A stretch of 64,000 nucleotides of DNA from Gammaproteobacteria bacterium (GCA_003567475.1 PWZL01000021.1:3485-67484), one strand, 5' to 3'; shown: positions 9,326-19,584, numbered from the stretch's first letter. Made by a program: numbers and translations. The notes: generated by a model not told the origin, from the sequence alone.

Positions 9326-10602
9326 GCATTCCAACCATCGAACGCCTCGAATCGGCAGTCCGCGGCTATGTGCGCAGTTTCCCGTGTGTATTCACACACG
9401 CGAAAGGCGCGCGGATGACCAGTGAGGAGGGTCGCGAATACATCGACTTCTTCGCCGGCGCAGGCGTGATGAACTATGGCCACAATCATCCGGCACTGAA
9501 GACAGCGCTGCTCGAGTACCTCGCCGAAGATCACATCATCCACAGCCTGGACATGGCGACTGCGGCCAAGATCCGCTTCCTCGAGCGCTTCGAGGAGGTC
9601 ATCCTCAAGCCGCGCGGCCTGGACTACCGCGTCCAGTTCCCCGGACCCACGGGCACCAACGCTGTCGAGGCGGCGCTGAAACTCGCGCGCAAAGTCACCG
9701 GCCGTGAGCGCATCCTGTCCTTCACCAATGCCTTCCACGGCATGACGTTGGGCGCACTCGCTGTGACGGGTAACTCGTTCAAGCGCGCCGGTGCCGGCGT
9801 ACCCCTGTCGCATGCCACGATGATGCCATTCGACAGCTACCTTGATGAGGGCGACGAACAGAGCCTCAAGCTGCTGGAGGCGATGCTCGGAGACGAGGGC
9901 TCGGGCATGGACAAGCCCGCCGCCGCCATCATCGAGACGGTTCAGGCTGAAGGCGGGGTGAACGTCGCCCGGATGGAATGGTTGCGGGAACTCGCCGCAA
10001 TCCTCAAACGCCACGATGTGCTGCTGATCGTGGACGATATCCAGGTCGGCTGCGGCCGCACCGGACCGTTCTTCAGCTTCGAACCGGCGGGTATCCAGCC
10101 AGACATCATCTGCCTGTCGAAGTCCTTGAGCGGCTTTGGTCTGCCTCTGGCTGTCACGCTCATGCGCCCAGAGCTCGACGTCTGGGCCCCGGGTGAGCAT
10201 AACGGGACCTTCCGCGGCCACAACCCCGCCTTCGTCACGGCCACAGCGGCGCTGGGCTTCTGGACCGATGACCAGCTCGAGCGCGAAGTCGGGCGTAAGG
10301 CGACGGTGATCGAACAGCGTCTTCACGCACTGGTCGAACGCTTGCCGGTCGAGGCGACCCACCGGGGCCGTGGAATGATCCAGGGCATCGAATTCAGCGA
10401 TCGCACGCTCGCCGCAGAGGCCTCACAAGCGGCATTCCAGCGCGGCCTGATCATCGAAACCGCCGGTATCGACGACCAGGTGTTGAAACTGCTGCCGCCG
10501 TTGATGATTGCCGACGCGGATCTCGCCGCAGGCCTCGATATCGTCGATGCCGCGGTCACTGCGGTGGCCCGACGGGCAGCGCCTGGCCGTAAGGTCGCCT
10601 GA
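9322..10602 (+). CDS. ectB: diaminobutyrate-2-oxoglutarate transaminase
   Basis: ESAVRGYVRSFP, DFFAGAGVMNYGHN, QFPGPTGTNAVEAA, PGEHNGTFRG. Confidence 0.95.
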   Translation: MSIPTIERLESAVRGYVRSFPCVFTHAKGARMTSEEGREYIDFFAGAGVMNYGHNHPALKTALLEYLAEDHIIHSLDMATAAKIRFLERFEEVILKPRGLDYRVQFPGPTGTNAVEAALKLARKVTGRERILSFTNAFHGMTLGALAVTGNSFKRAGAGVPLSHATMMPFDSYLDEGDEQSLKLLEAMLGDEGSGMDKPAAAIIETVQAEGGVNVARMEWLRELAAILKRHDVLLIVDDIQVGCGRTGPFFSFEPAGIQPDIICLSKSLSGFGLPLAVTLMRPELDVWAPGEHNGTFRGHNPAFVTATAALGFWTDDQLEREVGRKATVIEQRLHALVERLPVEATHRGRGMIQGIEFSDRTLAAEASQAAFQRGLIIETAGIDDQVLKLLPPLMIADADLAAGLDIVDAAVTAVARRAAPGRKVA

Positions 10603-10650
10603 GCATCGCCCCGACGTCACCTGATCAAACCACTCCAGGGAAGCCATGAC

Positions 10651-11061
10651 ATGATCGTAAGGACACTGAACGGAACGCTCGGCACCGAGCGCGAAATCGA
10701 CACGCCAGGCTGGACCAGCCGACGACTGCTGCTGAAGAGCGAGAACATGGGTTTCTCGCTGCACGACACGCTGATCAAGCCTGGCGCCGAACTGCCCATG
10801 TGCTATCGCAATCACCTCGAGGCGGTCTACTGCATCGAGGGCGAAGGCGAAGTGGAGACTGTCGCCGACGGTGTCCGCCACCAGATCAAGGCGGGCACCG
10901 TCTACGCACTGGACCAGCACGACGAACACATCCTGCGGGCGCGCACGCAGATGCGCATGGTCTGCGTGTTCAACCCGCCGATTACCGGCCGGGAGGTGCA
11001 CGGCGAAGACGGCGCCTACCCGCTGATCGAGGATGACGAGCCGGTGACCCGCGTCTCCTGA
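10651..11061 (+). CDS. ectC: ectoine synthase
   Basis: [45 protein letters not shown]. Confidence 0.95.
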   Translation: MIVRTLNGTLGTEREIDTPGWTSRRLLLKSENMGFSLHDTLIKPGAELPMCYRNHLEAVYCIEGEGEVETVADGVRHQIKAGTVYALDQHDEHILRARTQMRMVCVFNPPITGREVHGEDGAYPLIEDDEPVTRVS

Positions 11062-11141
11062 GCCCGCGCGGCCCCCTCCACGGCCTCAGTTTCTGGCCAA
11101 TCGCCGCGATGCCGCACCCTTGACGCCAGTGCCGGGGCAAG

Positions 11142-11726
11142 TCATTTCCGATTGAGAAACACCGCATCATGCGGGGTACGACTACCGCGCAGCGTCAGGC
11201 TTGCATTGATGCCTTCGTCCTGGATCATGGTCGACGGCACGTTCTCGTTCCAATCCATGACGACCTGTCGGCGCGCGATACGCCACTCGCCGTGACGCTT
11301 TTCAAGACGATCGACGTAGCGGCCGCCGAAGATGTAGAGATGCCGACCGCGTTGATCAGGGCCGACGTTGAACTGCTGCATGTAGCTGGAACCGAAAATG
11401 TCATCCATGCGGTCCGGCCGGACGATGTGATAGGCCAGCAGATAACTCTCCGTAAAGGCCACGTCGCCGTCGATCTCCATGTGGACATTGCAGATGGCAT
11501 GAGTGGTCACCTCAAACCACACCTGGATTTCCCGGATGATGTATTCCGCAAACTCCTGGGCATTGCCCTGGAAAATACCATGATCATCGAAACCGTCCTC
11601 GTGATAGACGGTTTTCATCAGTTCGACGTCGCAGCGATCGAGTGCACGGCAGTATCGGGTCAATACGTCGTAGCATTTCTGACGCGCAACGAGTTCGCGA
11701 ATTTCGGCTTCGGTGACGGTGTCCAT
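11142..11726 (-). CDS. SnoaL/NTF2-like family protein
   Basis: RYCRALDRCD, HAICNVHMEIDGDVA, GGRYVDRLEKRHGEWRIARR. Confidence 0.8.
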   Translation of the reverse strand: MDTVTEAEIRELVARQKCYDVLTRYCRALDRCDVELMKTVYHEDGFDDHGIFQGNAQEFAEYIIREIQVWFEVTTHAICNVHMEIDGDVAFTESYLLAYHIVRPDRMDDIFGSSYMQQFNVGPDQRGRHLYIFGGRYVDRLEKRHGEWRIARRQVVMDWNENVPSTMIQDEGINASLTLRGSRTPHDAVFLNRK

Positions 11727-11876
11727 GATTCCCCCATGATGACTGACTGAGGCCTGTACGCACCGGGATAAGTGTGTCGCCCGGATGCCCGCCGATCAAC
11801 ACTCCGCTGCCACCGAACGTCCGCATCCCTGGCGATGCTAGACTCACTGCCCAGCAGACGTCACCTTGGATAGCCG

Positions 11877-13178
11877 ATGAGCGATAGTCAACGCTTCCCG
11901 CCTCAGGTGCACCTTAACCTCAACGTCCGGGGCCTGGAGCATTCCGCAACCATTGCCATCAACGAGCGCAGCAATGCCCTGCGGCGCGAGGGCCGGGACA
12001 TTGTGCGACTCGGCCTTGGCCAGTCACCCTTCCCGGTGCCGGCACCCATGGTCGCGGCCCTCAGGGAGTCTGCCGGCGAAAAGGATTATCTCCCGGTGAA
12101 AGGTCTGCCCCGACTGCGCGAGGCGATCGTCGAGTACTACCGACGGACCGAAGGGCTGGACTATCACCCCGACCATGTGCTGGTGGGTCCTGGCACCAAG
12201 GAGCTCATGTTCCTGGTGCAGCTGGTGTATTACGGCGATCTGGTGATTCCGGCGCCCAGCTGGGTGTCCTACGCCCCGCAGGCGCGCATCATCGGCCGCC
12301 ATCTCCACTGGCTGCCCACGCGTATCGAGTCAGGCCTTGGGGTCACCCCCGAGGCATTGGAGCGACTGTGTGCCGTGGACCCGGAACGCCCCCGCCTGTT
12401 GATCCTGAACTACCCCGGCAATCCTACGGGGACGACCTATCCTCCGGAAAGCCTCGAAGCCATCGCCGAAATCGCCCGCCGGTATCGCCTGCTGGTGCTG
12501 GCCGACGAGATTTACAGTGGCCTGCACTTCGAAGGCGGCCATGTGTCGATCGCGCGCTACTACCCTGAGGGCACGATCATCAGTAACGGGCTGTCGAAAT
12601 GGGCCGGTGCAGGCGGCTGGCGTCTTGGCGCCTTCACCTTTCCGGCGTCACTCAAATGGCTGGTGGATACGATGGCCGCAGTGGCGAGCGAGACCTTCAC
12701 GGCCACGGCAGCACCGATCCAGTACGCGGCCATTCGCGGCTTCGAGGACAGTCAGGACATGCAGGATTACCTGTCGCGGACGCGACGCATCCTGGCGGCG
12801 CTCATGCGCCACGCCTGGCGGCGGCTCGAGGGCATCGGCGCTGAGCTCACCGAACCACGTGGCGGGTTCTACGTGTTCCCGAATTTCACGCCCCTGCGGG
12901 AGCAGCTCAACGCCAAGGGAGTGCTGACCAGCCCGGAGCTGTGTGAACGCGCGCTTGAACGCGCCGGCGTGGCCTTTCTACCGGGTACGGCCTTCGGCCG
13001 GCCTGAGCACGAACTCTCGGTGCGCATGGCCTGCGTGGACTTCGACGGCGCGCGCGCAATGGCGGCGCTTGACGAACTGGCGCCGGGAGAATGTCCCGAC
13101 ACCGCCTTCCTTGCGCGCTACTGCCAACCAACCTTCGATGGCATCGAACGCCTATGTGACTGGATCACCCGGCCCTGA
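11877..13178 (+). CDS. class I/II PLP-dependent (aspartate-type) aminotransferase
   Basis: GLGQSPFP, NYPGNPTG, DEIY, GLSKWAGAGGWRLG. Confidence 0.88.
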   Translation: MSDSQRFPPQVHLNLNVRGLEHSATIAINERSNALRREGRDIVRLGLGQSPFPVPAPMVAALRESAGEKDYLPVKGLPRLREAIVEYYRRTEGLDYHPDHVLVGPGTKELMFLVQLVYYGDLVIPAPSWVSYAPQARIIGRHLHWLPTRIESGLGVTPEALERLCAVDPERPRLLILNYPGNPTGTTYPPESLEAIAEIARRYRLLVLADEIYSGLHFEGGHVSIARYYPEGTIISNGLSKWAGAGGWRLGAFTFPASLKWLVDTMAAVASETFTATAAPIQYAAIRGFEDSQDMQDYLSRTRRILAALMRHAWRRLEGIGAELTEPRGGFYVFPNFTPLREQLNAKGVLTSPELCERALERAGVAFLPGTAFGRPEHELSVRMACVDFDGARAMAALDELAPGECPDTAFLARYCQPTFDGIERLCDWITRP

Positions 13179-14396
13179 CCGCCGCGCGGTGGCCCCATCA
13201 CCGCCACCGCGAAACCGCCCACCCTCGCCATCCTCCGGCGCAAACCAGACCTGTACGTCTCCCACCCGCGGATGTCGCCGCGTCGCAGCCATCAACCGGG
13301 CCGCCTGCCAGGCCGCGCGACCCTCGGCACCGCCGGCACCCGGTGCCAGAAACAGCTCGACGTGAATGCGCCCGTCCAGGTAGTGGAGATCGACCCGCTG
13401 GATCCGCTCGGCGCACTCGATCCCCTGCCAGTAGGCGGCAAGTTCCGCGAGCAGTTGCGCGCGCACGGGCAGCGCCAGACTCAGGCGCTCGCGAGCTTCG
13501 TCGATCTCGGGATCGACATGCACGGTGACGTCGGCGACATCATCATCGGCCTCGAGCAGCCTCGCGCGGACACACTCGCTGACATGATGCGCTTCGGAGA
13601 CGCTGATCCGCGAGGCGAGCCTGACGTGAACATCGACCAGTGAGTTGCCGCCCATCCGTCGAGTCCGCAGCAGGTGCAGATCCTGCACACCGTCGACCGC
13701 GCGAATCGTGGCATCAATGCGCGCCAGGCGCTCGGGATCCAGCCCACGATCGATCAGTTCGGCGAGCCCTCGATACACCAGCCGGGCGGCGATGAAGGCA
13801 ATCATCACTGCCACCAGCAACGCCGCAACACTGTCCAGCCAGGGAAACCCGACCAGCGCACCGATCACACCGGCCAGCACCACCAGCGAGGAGGCCACAT
13901 CCGAGCGATGGTGCCAGGCGTTGGCCGCCAGCAACGGCGACCGCAGACTGCGCGCCACGCGCCGGGTATAGCGGAACAGTGCTTCCTTGGTCAGCACAGC
14001 CACAGCGGCGAACAGCAGCGCCAGCGGCGCCGGCGCAACCTGCACCGAATCATCGAGCAGATGTCGGGCAGCGTAGAGGGCCAGCGTGAAGGCCACCCCC
14101 GCGAGCAGGACACCCACGATCACCGACGCCAGCGTCTCGATACGACCGTGTCCGTAAGGATGCGCGCCATCAGCGGGACGGCTGGATTCACGGGCCGCCA
14201 GCAGCACGACCGCGTCGCTGATGAGATCGGAGAGGGTGTGCAGCCCGTCGGCGATCAACGCCTGGGACTGCGACACGACGCCACCAGCGAGTTGCAGGGC
14301 GGCAAGACCGAGGTTGGTGACGGCCCCGACGAGTGTCACCCGGCGCATCGCCGGATAACGGCCGTCGCTACGGCGCTCCGGCGAGCTGATGTTCAC
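13152..14396 (-). CDS. cation diffusion facilitator transporter (FieF-like)
   Basis: ALIADGLHTLSD, HPYGHGRIE, NAWHHRSD, DVTVHVDP. Confidence 0.9.
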   Translation of the reverse strand: MNISSPERRSDGRYPAMRRVTLVGAVTNLGLAALQLAGGVVSQSQALIADGLHTLSDLISDAVVLLAARESSRPADGAHPYGHGRIETLASVIVGVLLAGVAFTLALYAARHLLDDSVQVAPAPLALLFAAVAVLTKEALFRYTRRVARSLRSPLLAANAWHHRSDVASSLVVLAGVIGALVGFPWLDSVAALLVAVMIAFIAARLVYRGLAELIDRGLDPERLARIDATIRAVDGVQDLHLLRTRRMGGNSLVDVHVRLASRISVSEAHHVSECVRARLLEADDDVADVTVHVDPEIDEARERLSLALPVRAQLLAELAAYWQGIECAERIQRVDLHYLDGRIHVELFLAPGAGGAEGRAAWQAARLMAATRRHPRVGDVQVWFAPEDGEGGRFRGGGDGATARRSGPGDPVT

Positions 14397-14417
14397 CCGG
14401 GAAACGCCTCCGCCGGG

Positions 14418-14921
14418 TCAGTTCACCGTCAGCACCTTCACCGCGAAATTCAGCGCCTGACCGGCCAGCGGGTGGTTGAAGTCGAGCACCACCCTGTCAT
14501 CACGCACCTCGGCGACGCGCACCTGGAAAGGCATGCCATCCGGATCGACGCCGACCAGCATCTCTCCGACCTGGCGGCCTTCCTCGGGGATACGGTCCAG
14601 CGGGACTTCCTGGAAGCCTCGGGGATCGACTTCACCGTAGCCCTCCTCGGCATCCAGCCGAAACTCTCGCGCGTCGCCCGCTGTCAGCCCGGTCAGCGCC
14701 TCTTCCAGCGCCGGGAGCAGCTGGCCGGCGCCATGGGTGTAGACCAGCGGCTCACCGCCGACGTTGCTGTCCGCCGTGCTGCCGTCATCGAGGGTCAATG
14801 TGTATTCAATGGTGACTTCGCGACCCTCGCCCACGACGCCCCCCTCTTGCGCCTGCGCCAGCGGCGCGGCGAGAGCCCACCAGAGTGCCAGCGCAACGCC
14901 GGCAGACAGCTTGATCTTCAA
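14418..14921 (-). CDS. SlyD-like FKBP peptidyl-prolyl isomerase with signal peptide
   Basis: N-terminal signal ending AQA; PLVYTHGAGQLLPALE, EEGYG, DFNHPLAGQAL. Confidence 0.85.
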   Translation of the reverse strand: MKIKLSAGVALALWWALAAPLAQAQEGGVVGEGREVTIEYTLTLDDGSTADSNVGGEPLVYTHGAGQLLPALEEALTGLTAGDAREFRLDAEEGYGEVDPRGFQEVPLDRIPEEGRQVGEMLVGVDPDGMPFQVRVAEVRDDRVVLDFNHPLAGQALNFAVKVLTVN

Positions 14922-14997
14922 CGGAAAACTCCTGAGGATGTTGGATACCGTAACTATAGCCCAGTCACACTACACGCGAGCATGGCCGCATCTCAAG

Positions 14998-15429
14998 ATG
15001 AAATTCTCCCTCCACCCTGCCCTGGCGCAGGACACCATCCCGATCACCCGGCTCTGCGGCAGCAGGCTGCTGTTGATGAAGGACAGCCGATTCCTCTGGT
15101 GCCTGCTGGTGCCGGAGTGTCCCGGCCTGCGCGAACTCCACGAGTTGCCGCTACCGCAACGCGGCCTATTTCTGGAGCTCGTCTGCCAGTTCTCGGCAAC
15201 CCTGCACACCGCCTTCAATGCGGACAAAATGAACGTCGCGGCACTCGGTAACCGCGTCCCCCAACTCCACGTGCATGTCATCGTGCGCCACCAAGACGAT
15301 GCGGCCTGGCCGGATCCGGTCTGGGGCGCCGGCACACCCGTGCCCTGGGGCAGCAGCGCACTCGCCGACATCATTCCGCGGGTGCGCGAGTGCGCCGCGA
15401 CCGTCGAGGCCGGGCAGCGGAGGACATGA
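14998..15429 (+). CDS. HIT family protein
   Basis: KMNVAALGNRVPQLHVHVI histidine triad, AWPDPVW. Confidence 0.88.
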   Translation: MKFSLHPALAQDTIPITRLCGSRLLLMKDSRFLWCLLVPECPGLRELHELPLPQRGLFLELVCQFSATLHTAFNADKMNVAALGNRVPQLHVHVIVRHQDDAAWPDPVWGAGTPVPWGSSALADIIPRVRECAATVEAGQRRT

Positions 15430-15851
15430 ACACCGCCACCCTGCGCCTGCTCCTCGGGTTCGTGGTCGCACCACTGCTGCCGCTGGCGATCTGGGTGGTC
15501 ACGCCATCCGGCTTCAACGTGATTGCCTTCGTGCAGACCCTCCCCGGAGCGTATGCACTGGGGCTTGGCGTCGGGATCCCCCTGTGGCTGCTGTTGCGGC
15601 ACTGGAACCGCTTGAATCCCTTGCCTGTGGTGCTCTGCAGCGGGCTGATGATTGCCCTCGCCGGCACCCTTCACCAGGCCTGGGTCCTGCGCCAGGCGCG
15701 ATATGTGCGCCAGCGCGAGCGCGATCTCGTGCTCGACGGCCAACTCACTGGCGACGGCCTCAGCGCACTGCTTGGCCATGCAGTCACCCTGTCATGGCTC
15801 GCCGCCATCGGCGCCCTGGCCTGGTGGCTGATCGTGCGCGCGCGCCGCTGA
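15426..15851 (+). CDS. hypothetical membrane protein
   Basis: ATG overlaps the HIT stop, GGAGGA RBS, four hydrophobic segments. Confidence 0.65.
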   Translation: MNTATLRLLLGFVVAPLLPLAIWVVTPSGFNVIAFVQTLPGAYALGLGVGIPLWLLLRHWNRLNPLPVVLCSGLMIALAGTLHQAWVLRQARYVRQRERDLVLDGQLTGDGLSALLGHAVTLSWLAAIGALAWWLIVRARR

Positions 15852-15907
15852 CCCCTGGGCTACACTGGCGCGAGAAGCTTGCGTACCACTCCGGGGGGAG
15901 AGATGTC

Positions 15908-18109
15908 ATGAGCGAACGCGTTTCATCGATTTGCAGGTTCTGCCACGCCCAGTGTGCCATCCACGTCGACCTCGAGAACGGGCGACCGGTGCGGGTCGAC
16001 GGCGTCAAGGATCACCCCATCTACCACGGCTATGCCTGCGCGAAGGGCCGGGAGCTGCCGCGTTTCCATGACGCGCCCGACCGCCTGCTGCAACCACAGC
16101 GCCGCGGGTCTGATGGCCGGTACCAGACAATCGATTCAGCCACCGCGATGGACGACATCGCCGCCCAGCTGAGGGCCATCCGCGAGCGTCATGGTGAGCG
16201 GGCCATCTCGCTCTACATCGGCACGCACGGTTACAACAATCTGGCCTCCACGCAGCTCGCGCTGGCATTCATGGAAGCGCTGGGCTCGAAAATGGTCTTC
16301 ACCAGCGTGACCATCGACCAGCCTGGCAAAGCGGTATCGCAGGCGCTTCATGGCACCTGGCTGGCCGGCGCCAGCAATGCCTGGGAGGCGGACAGCTGGC
16401 TGGTGACGGGAGCCAACCCGATCGTCTCGATGCTCGGACCGGTCAACCCGGCCTGGACGTTCAAACAATCGCAGGCCCGGGGGATGAAGCTCATCGTCAT
16501 CGATCCGCGGCGGACCGAACTGGCCAGGCGCGCCGATCTCCACCTGCAGGCCCGCCCCGGCCAGGATCCGGTCATCCTCGCCGGGCTGCTGCATGTCATT
16601 CTGGACGAAGGCCTGCACGACGCCGCGTTCATGGCGCGTTACACCCGCGGCCTGGCGGCCCTGCAGGCCGCGGTCAGCGCCTACACGCCGGAATTCGTCG
16701 CCGCCCGGGCCGGCCTGCGGCCCGAGGACGTGGTGATGGCCGCACGGCTCTACGCCGGGGGCCGGCGGGGCGTGGCCACCGTCGGCACCGGCCCGAACAT
16801 GTCGGGCCATGGCAATCTCACCGAGTATCTATCCAAGGTGCTGATGAGCGTTTGCGGTCACTGGCTCCAGGCCGGCGACCCGGTGCCCAATCCCGGCGTG
16901 TTCGTCAATCCGATGCCGGCGCTCGCGCAGGCGATCGATCCCATGCCGGCGTGGGGCTTTGGTGAACGACTGCGGGTACGGGGCCTGACCGATACCGCCG
17001 CCGGGTTGCCGACCGCGGCGCTGGCCGACGAGATCCTGCTGCCGGGAGATGGCCAGGTGCGCGCGCTGATCGTGCTCGGCGGCAACCCGATGATGGCCTG
17101 GCCCGATCAGCTGAAAACCCGCGAGGCGATGGACGCCCTCGACCTGCTGGTCTGTGTGGAGCCGGTGATGTCGGCCACCGCCCGGCTGGCGCACTACGTC
17201 ATCCCACCGAAGCTGACCTTCGAAATGGCCGGGTGCTCGGTGCTGCAGGAGTTCCTCGGCGTGATCCAGGGCTGGGGCTACCCCCAACCTTACGGCCAGT
17301 GGGCGGACCCGCTGGTGTCACCCCCGCCCGGCAGTGACGTGATCGAGGACTGGGAACTGTTCTACGGCCTGGGCCAGCGTCTCGGGCTCGCGCTGTCGGT
17401 CAAACCGGTCAGCCACCTTGATCCGGCGGTGCAGGCACGTGAGGCCACGCCGCTGGACATGCGCCATCCGCCCACCAGCGAAGCGCTCTGGGAGATGCTC
17501 CTGAAGGGCTCACCCATCCCCCTGTCGGAAGTCAGGACATATCCCGACGGCCACGTATTCGACCGCGGCGAGTCGCAGGTCGCCGACGGCGACCCTGCCC
17601 ACACCGGTCGGCTCGACGTGGGCAACCCGGTAATGCTCGAGGAACTCGTGGCCCTGCAGACCGTCGACCCCGACGCCGCCCATGGCGACTACGCATTCCG
17701 GCTGGTCAGCCGGCGGCTGGCCGATGTACTGAATTCCGCATGGCACAGTAACGAGAAGCTCATGCGTCGCTGGAAGTACAACCCTGCGTTCATGCATCCC
17801 GACGACATGGCCGCGCTGGGGGTTCGCGCGGGCGAAGTGGTGGAGATCAGCTCCAGCCGCGCGAGCATCCGTGGCGTGGTCGAGCCGGCCGAGGACGTCC
17901 GCCAGGGGGTGATCTCGATGACCCATTGCTTTGGCGACCTCCCTGAAGATGAACACGACGTGCTCACCCAGGGAAGCAACACCGGGCGGCTGACGCCCGT
18001 GGATCGCGACTACGACCCCTACACCGGGATTCCCCGGATGAGCACCATCCCGGTCAACGTGCGGGCGGTGGTGTCGGCACCGCTGGCCGAGGATCGCGCA
18101 GCGGGCTGA
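15908..18109 (+). CDS. molybdopterin-dependent oxidoreductase (DMSO reductase superfamily), cytoplasmic
   Basis: N-terminal CRFCHAQC...CAKG 4Fe-4S motif, VIDPRRTE, GGNP, C-terminal MHPDD molybdopterin-dinucleotide domain; no Tat signal. Confidence 0.88.
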   Translation: MSERVSSICRFCHAQCAIHVDLENGRPVRVDGVKDHPIYHGYACAKGRELPRFHDAPDRLLQPQRRGSDGRYQTIDSATAMDDIAAQLRAIRERHGERAISLYIGTHGYNNLASTQLALAFMEALGSKMVFTSVTIDQPGKAVSQALHGTWLAGASNAWEADSWLVTGANPIVSMLGPVNPAWTFKQSQARGMKLIVIDPRRTELARRADLHLQARPGQDPVILAGLLHVILDEGLHDAAFMARYTRGLAALQAAVSAYTPEFVAARAGLRPEDVVMAARLYAGGRRGVATVGTGPNMSGHGNLTEYLSKVLMSVCGHWLQAGDPVPNPGVFVNPMPALAQAIDPMPAWGFGERLRVRGLTDTAAGLPTAALADEILLPGDGQVRALIVLGGNPMMAWPDQLKTREAMDALDLLVCVEPVMSATARLAHYVIPPKLTFEMAGCSVLQEFLGVIQGWGYPQPYGQWADPLVSPPPGSDVIEDWELFYGLGQRLGLALSVKPVSHLDPAVQAREATPLDMRHPPTSEALWEMLLKGSPIPLSEVRTYPDGHVFDRGESQVADGDPAHTGRLDVGNPVMLEELVALQTVDPDAAHGDYAFRLVSRRLADVLNSAWHSNEKLMRRWKYNPAFMHPDDMAALGVRAGEVVEISSSRASIRGVVEPAEDVRQGVISMTHCFGDLPEDEHDVLTQGSNTGRLTPVDRDYDPYTGIPRMSTIPVNVRAVVSAPLAEDRAAG

Positions 18110-18126
18110 ATCGCGGGCCGGTCGGG

Positions 18127-19512
18127 TCAGTCGCGCAGTGCGGTCAACAGCGCCTGGAAACGGGGGTGTCCGCGCAGAGCCGCGAGGTCGGGATCATGCT
18201 CAACCCAGGCTCGGTTGGCCATCTGGCGGAGTTCGAGGCGCTCGAGGCAGGCCAGTGCGGTATCCACATCGCCAAGCCGTGCGTACAGGCAGGCGGCGTT
18301 GTAGTGGACTGCGACATCGTCCGGATCGAGCGCGAGGGCGCGATTGATCCAGTCGCGGGCCGCGTCGCGCTCGCCCAGACGCAGGAAGGCCGCAGCGCCC
18401 ATGGACAAGGCACGACCATCGTCGGGAAAGGCCTGGTGATGCCGGGTCACCCGGGTCGCGCCCTCACGCGTCCAGGCCAGTGTCTGGACCTCGTCGCCCA
18501 GCTGCTCGTAGGCCTGGGCAGCCAATAGCGTGGCCTGGTATTCGTGAGGCATCACCCCGGCGGCGGCGCGGTAGAGTTCGGCCGCGCGCTGGTGTTCGCC
18601 CTGATGCATGCAGGCGCGGCCGAACTGATACAGCGCGTTGTAGTGATCGCGCTGGAGCGCCAGTGCGCGCCCGAAATGCTGCTGTGCATCGCCCCAGCGA
18701 TCGAACAGCATCGCCACCAGCCCGGCGGCGACATGGCTGCCCGGATGCTCTGGGGCCAGGGCCAGAGCGCGCGCGACCGCCTCGGCCGCCTCGTGACGCA
18801 GGCCCTCCTCCGCCACGGAATAGGCATAGATTCGAGCACTGCAGCCGGCGAGCTCCGACCACGCGCGGGAATAGTCGGCGTCCAGTGTGACCGCTTCGCG
18901 AAACAGCCGGCGCGCCTGTTCGAGGCGGCGGCGCCCGGGCTGGCTCGCGTAGTGGCGACCCTGCAGCACCGCCAGATACGCGGGACCACCGCGGGGACCA
19001 TGCAGGTCGGTCACCGACGGAACGAGTGACGGTGCCACGCCCAGCGCGTCAGCGACCTCGGTCACCACGGCACCCAGAATCACGGCGTAATCGGGGTCGC
19101 AGTCCGCGAAGCGCCCGGCCCAGCGCGCCCGGCCAGAGGCCGGACTCAGGTCGAAGCGCAACCGATAGCCCCCACCGGCGGCGTCGCCCTGGACTTCACC
19201 CGACAGCCGCCAGTGGCCCTGGGCTGGGGGATCGAGCCGCGCGTCATGGCGGCCCTCGGCGGCATCAACCAGGGCCAGACCGACGGAGAGGCCGGGGAGA
19301 CGCGCCAGGGCGGCATGGAGATCGTCGGTGAAGCTGCCCAGCAGGGCGGTGGCGGAGGCGTCGTCAGTGCGATCCGCCAGGGGGACCACAAGCAGATCCA
19401 CCACCCGGGTCGCCGGCCCGACGACCGGCAGCGCGGCAGCGTTGGTGGCCGGCGACCGCCTGGCAAGCAGGCGGCGGCCGAACGAGCGGATTCGCAAGCC
19501 TATTGGACCCAC
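18127..19512 (-). CDS. TPR-repeat protein with TolB-like N-terminal segment
   Basis: multiple TPR-like helices, terminal YNAACLYARLG...DPDLAALRGHPRF; start uncertain. Confidence 0.75.
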   Translation of the reverse strand: MGPIGLRIRSFGRRLLARRSPATNAAALPVVGPATRVVDLLVVPLADRTDDASATALLGSFTDDLHAALARLPGLSVGLALVDAAEGRHDARLDPPAQGHWRLSGEVQGDAAGGGYRLRFDLSPASGRARWAGRFADCDPDYAVILGAVVTEVADALGVAPSLVPSVTDLHGPRGGPAYLAVLQGRHYASQPGRRRLEQARRLFREAVTLDADYSRAWSELAGCSARIYAYSVAEEGLRHEAAEAVARALALAPEHPGSHVAAGLVAMLFDRWGDAQQHFGRALALQRDHYNALYQFGRACMHQGEHQRAAELYRAAAGVMPHEYQATLLAAQAYEQLGDEVQTLAWTREGATRVTRHHQAFPDDGRALSMGAAAFLRLGERDAARDWINRALALDPDDVAVHYNAACLYARLGDVDTALACLERLELRQMANRAWVEHDPDLAALRGHPRFQALLTALRD

Positions 19513-19584
19513 GCAGCTTCAATCCCCGAACTGGCACAGCCCCCAGTCTACGCCGCAGTGCGGCCCGCGACCGTCGACCGCGTC

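Noticed and set aside
13152-13178. Convergent overlap of the aminotransferase and CDF genes as a frameshift
   Set aside because: Both proteins appear complete; short 3' overlaps are common
15275-15907. N-terminal extension making the molybdoenzyme 944 aa (similar extensions on ask, ectA, pstB and the amidohydrolases)
   Set aside because: Overlaps upstream genes; family motifs begin at downstream start codons
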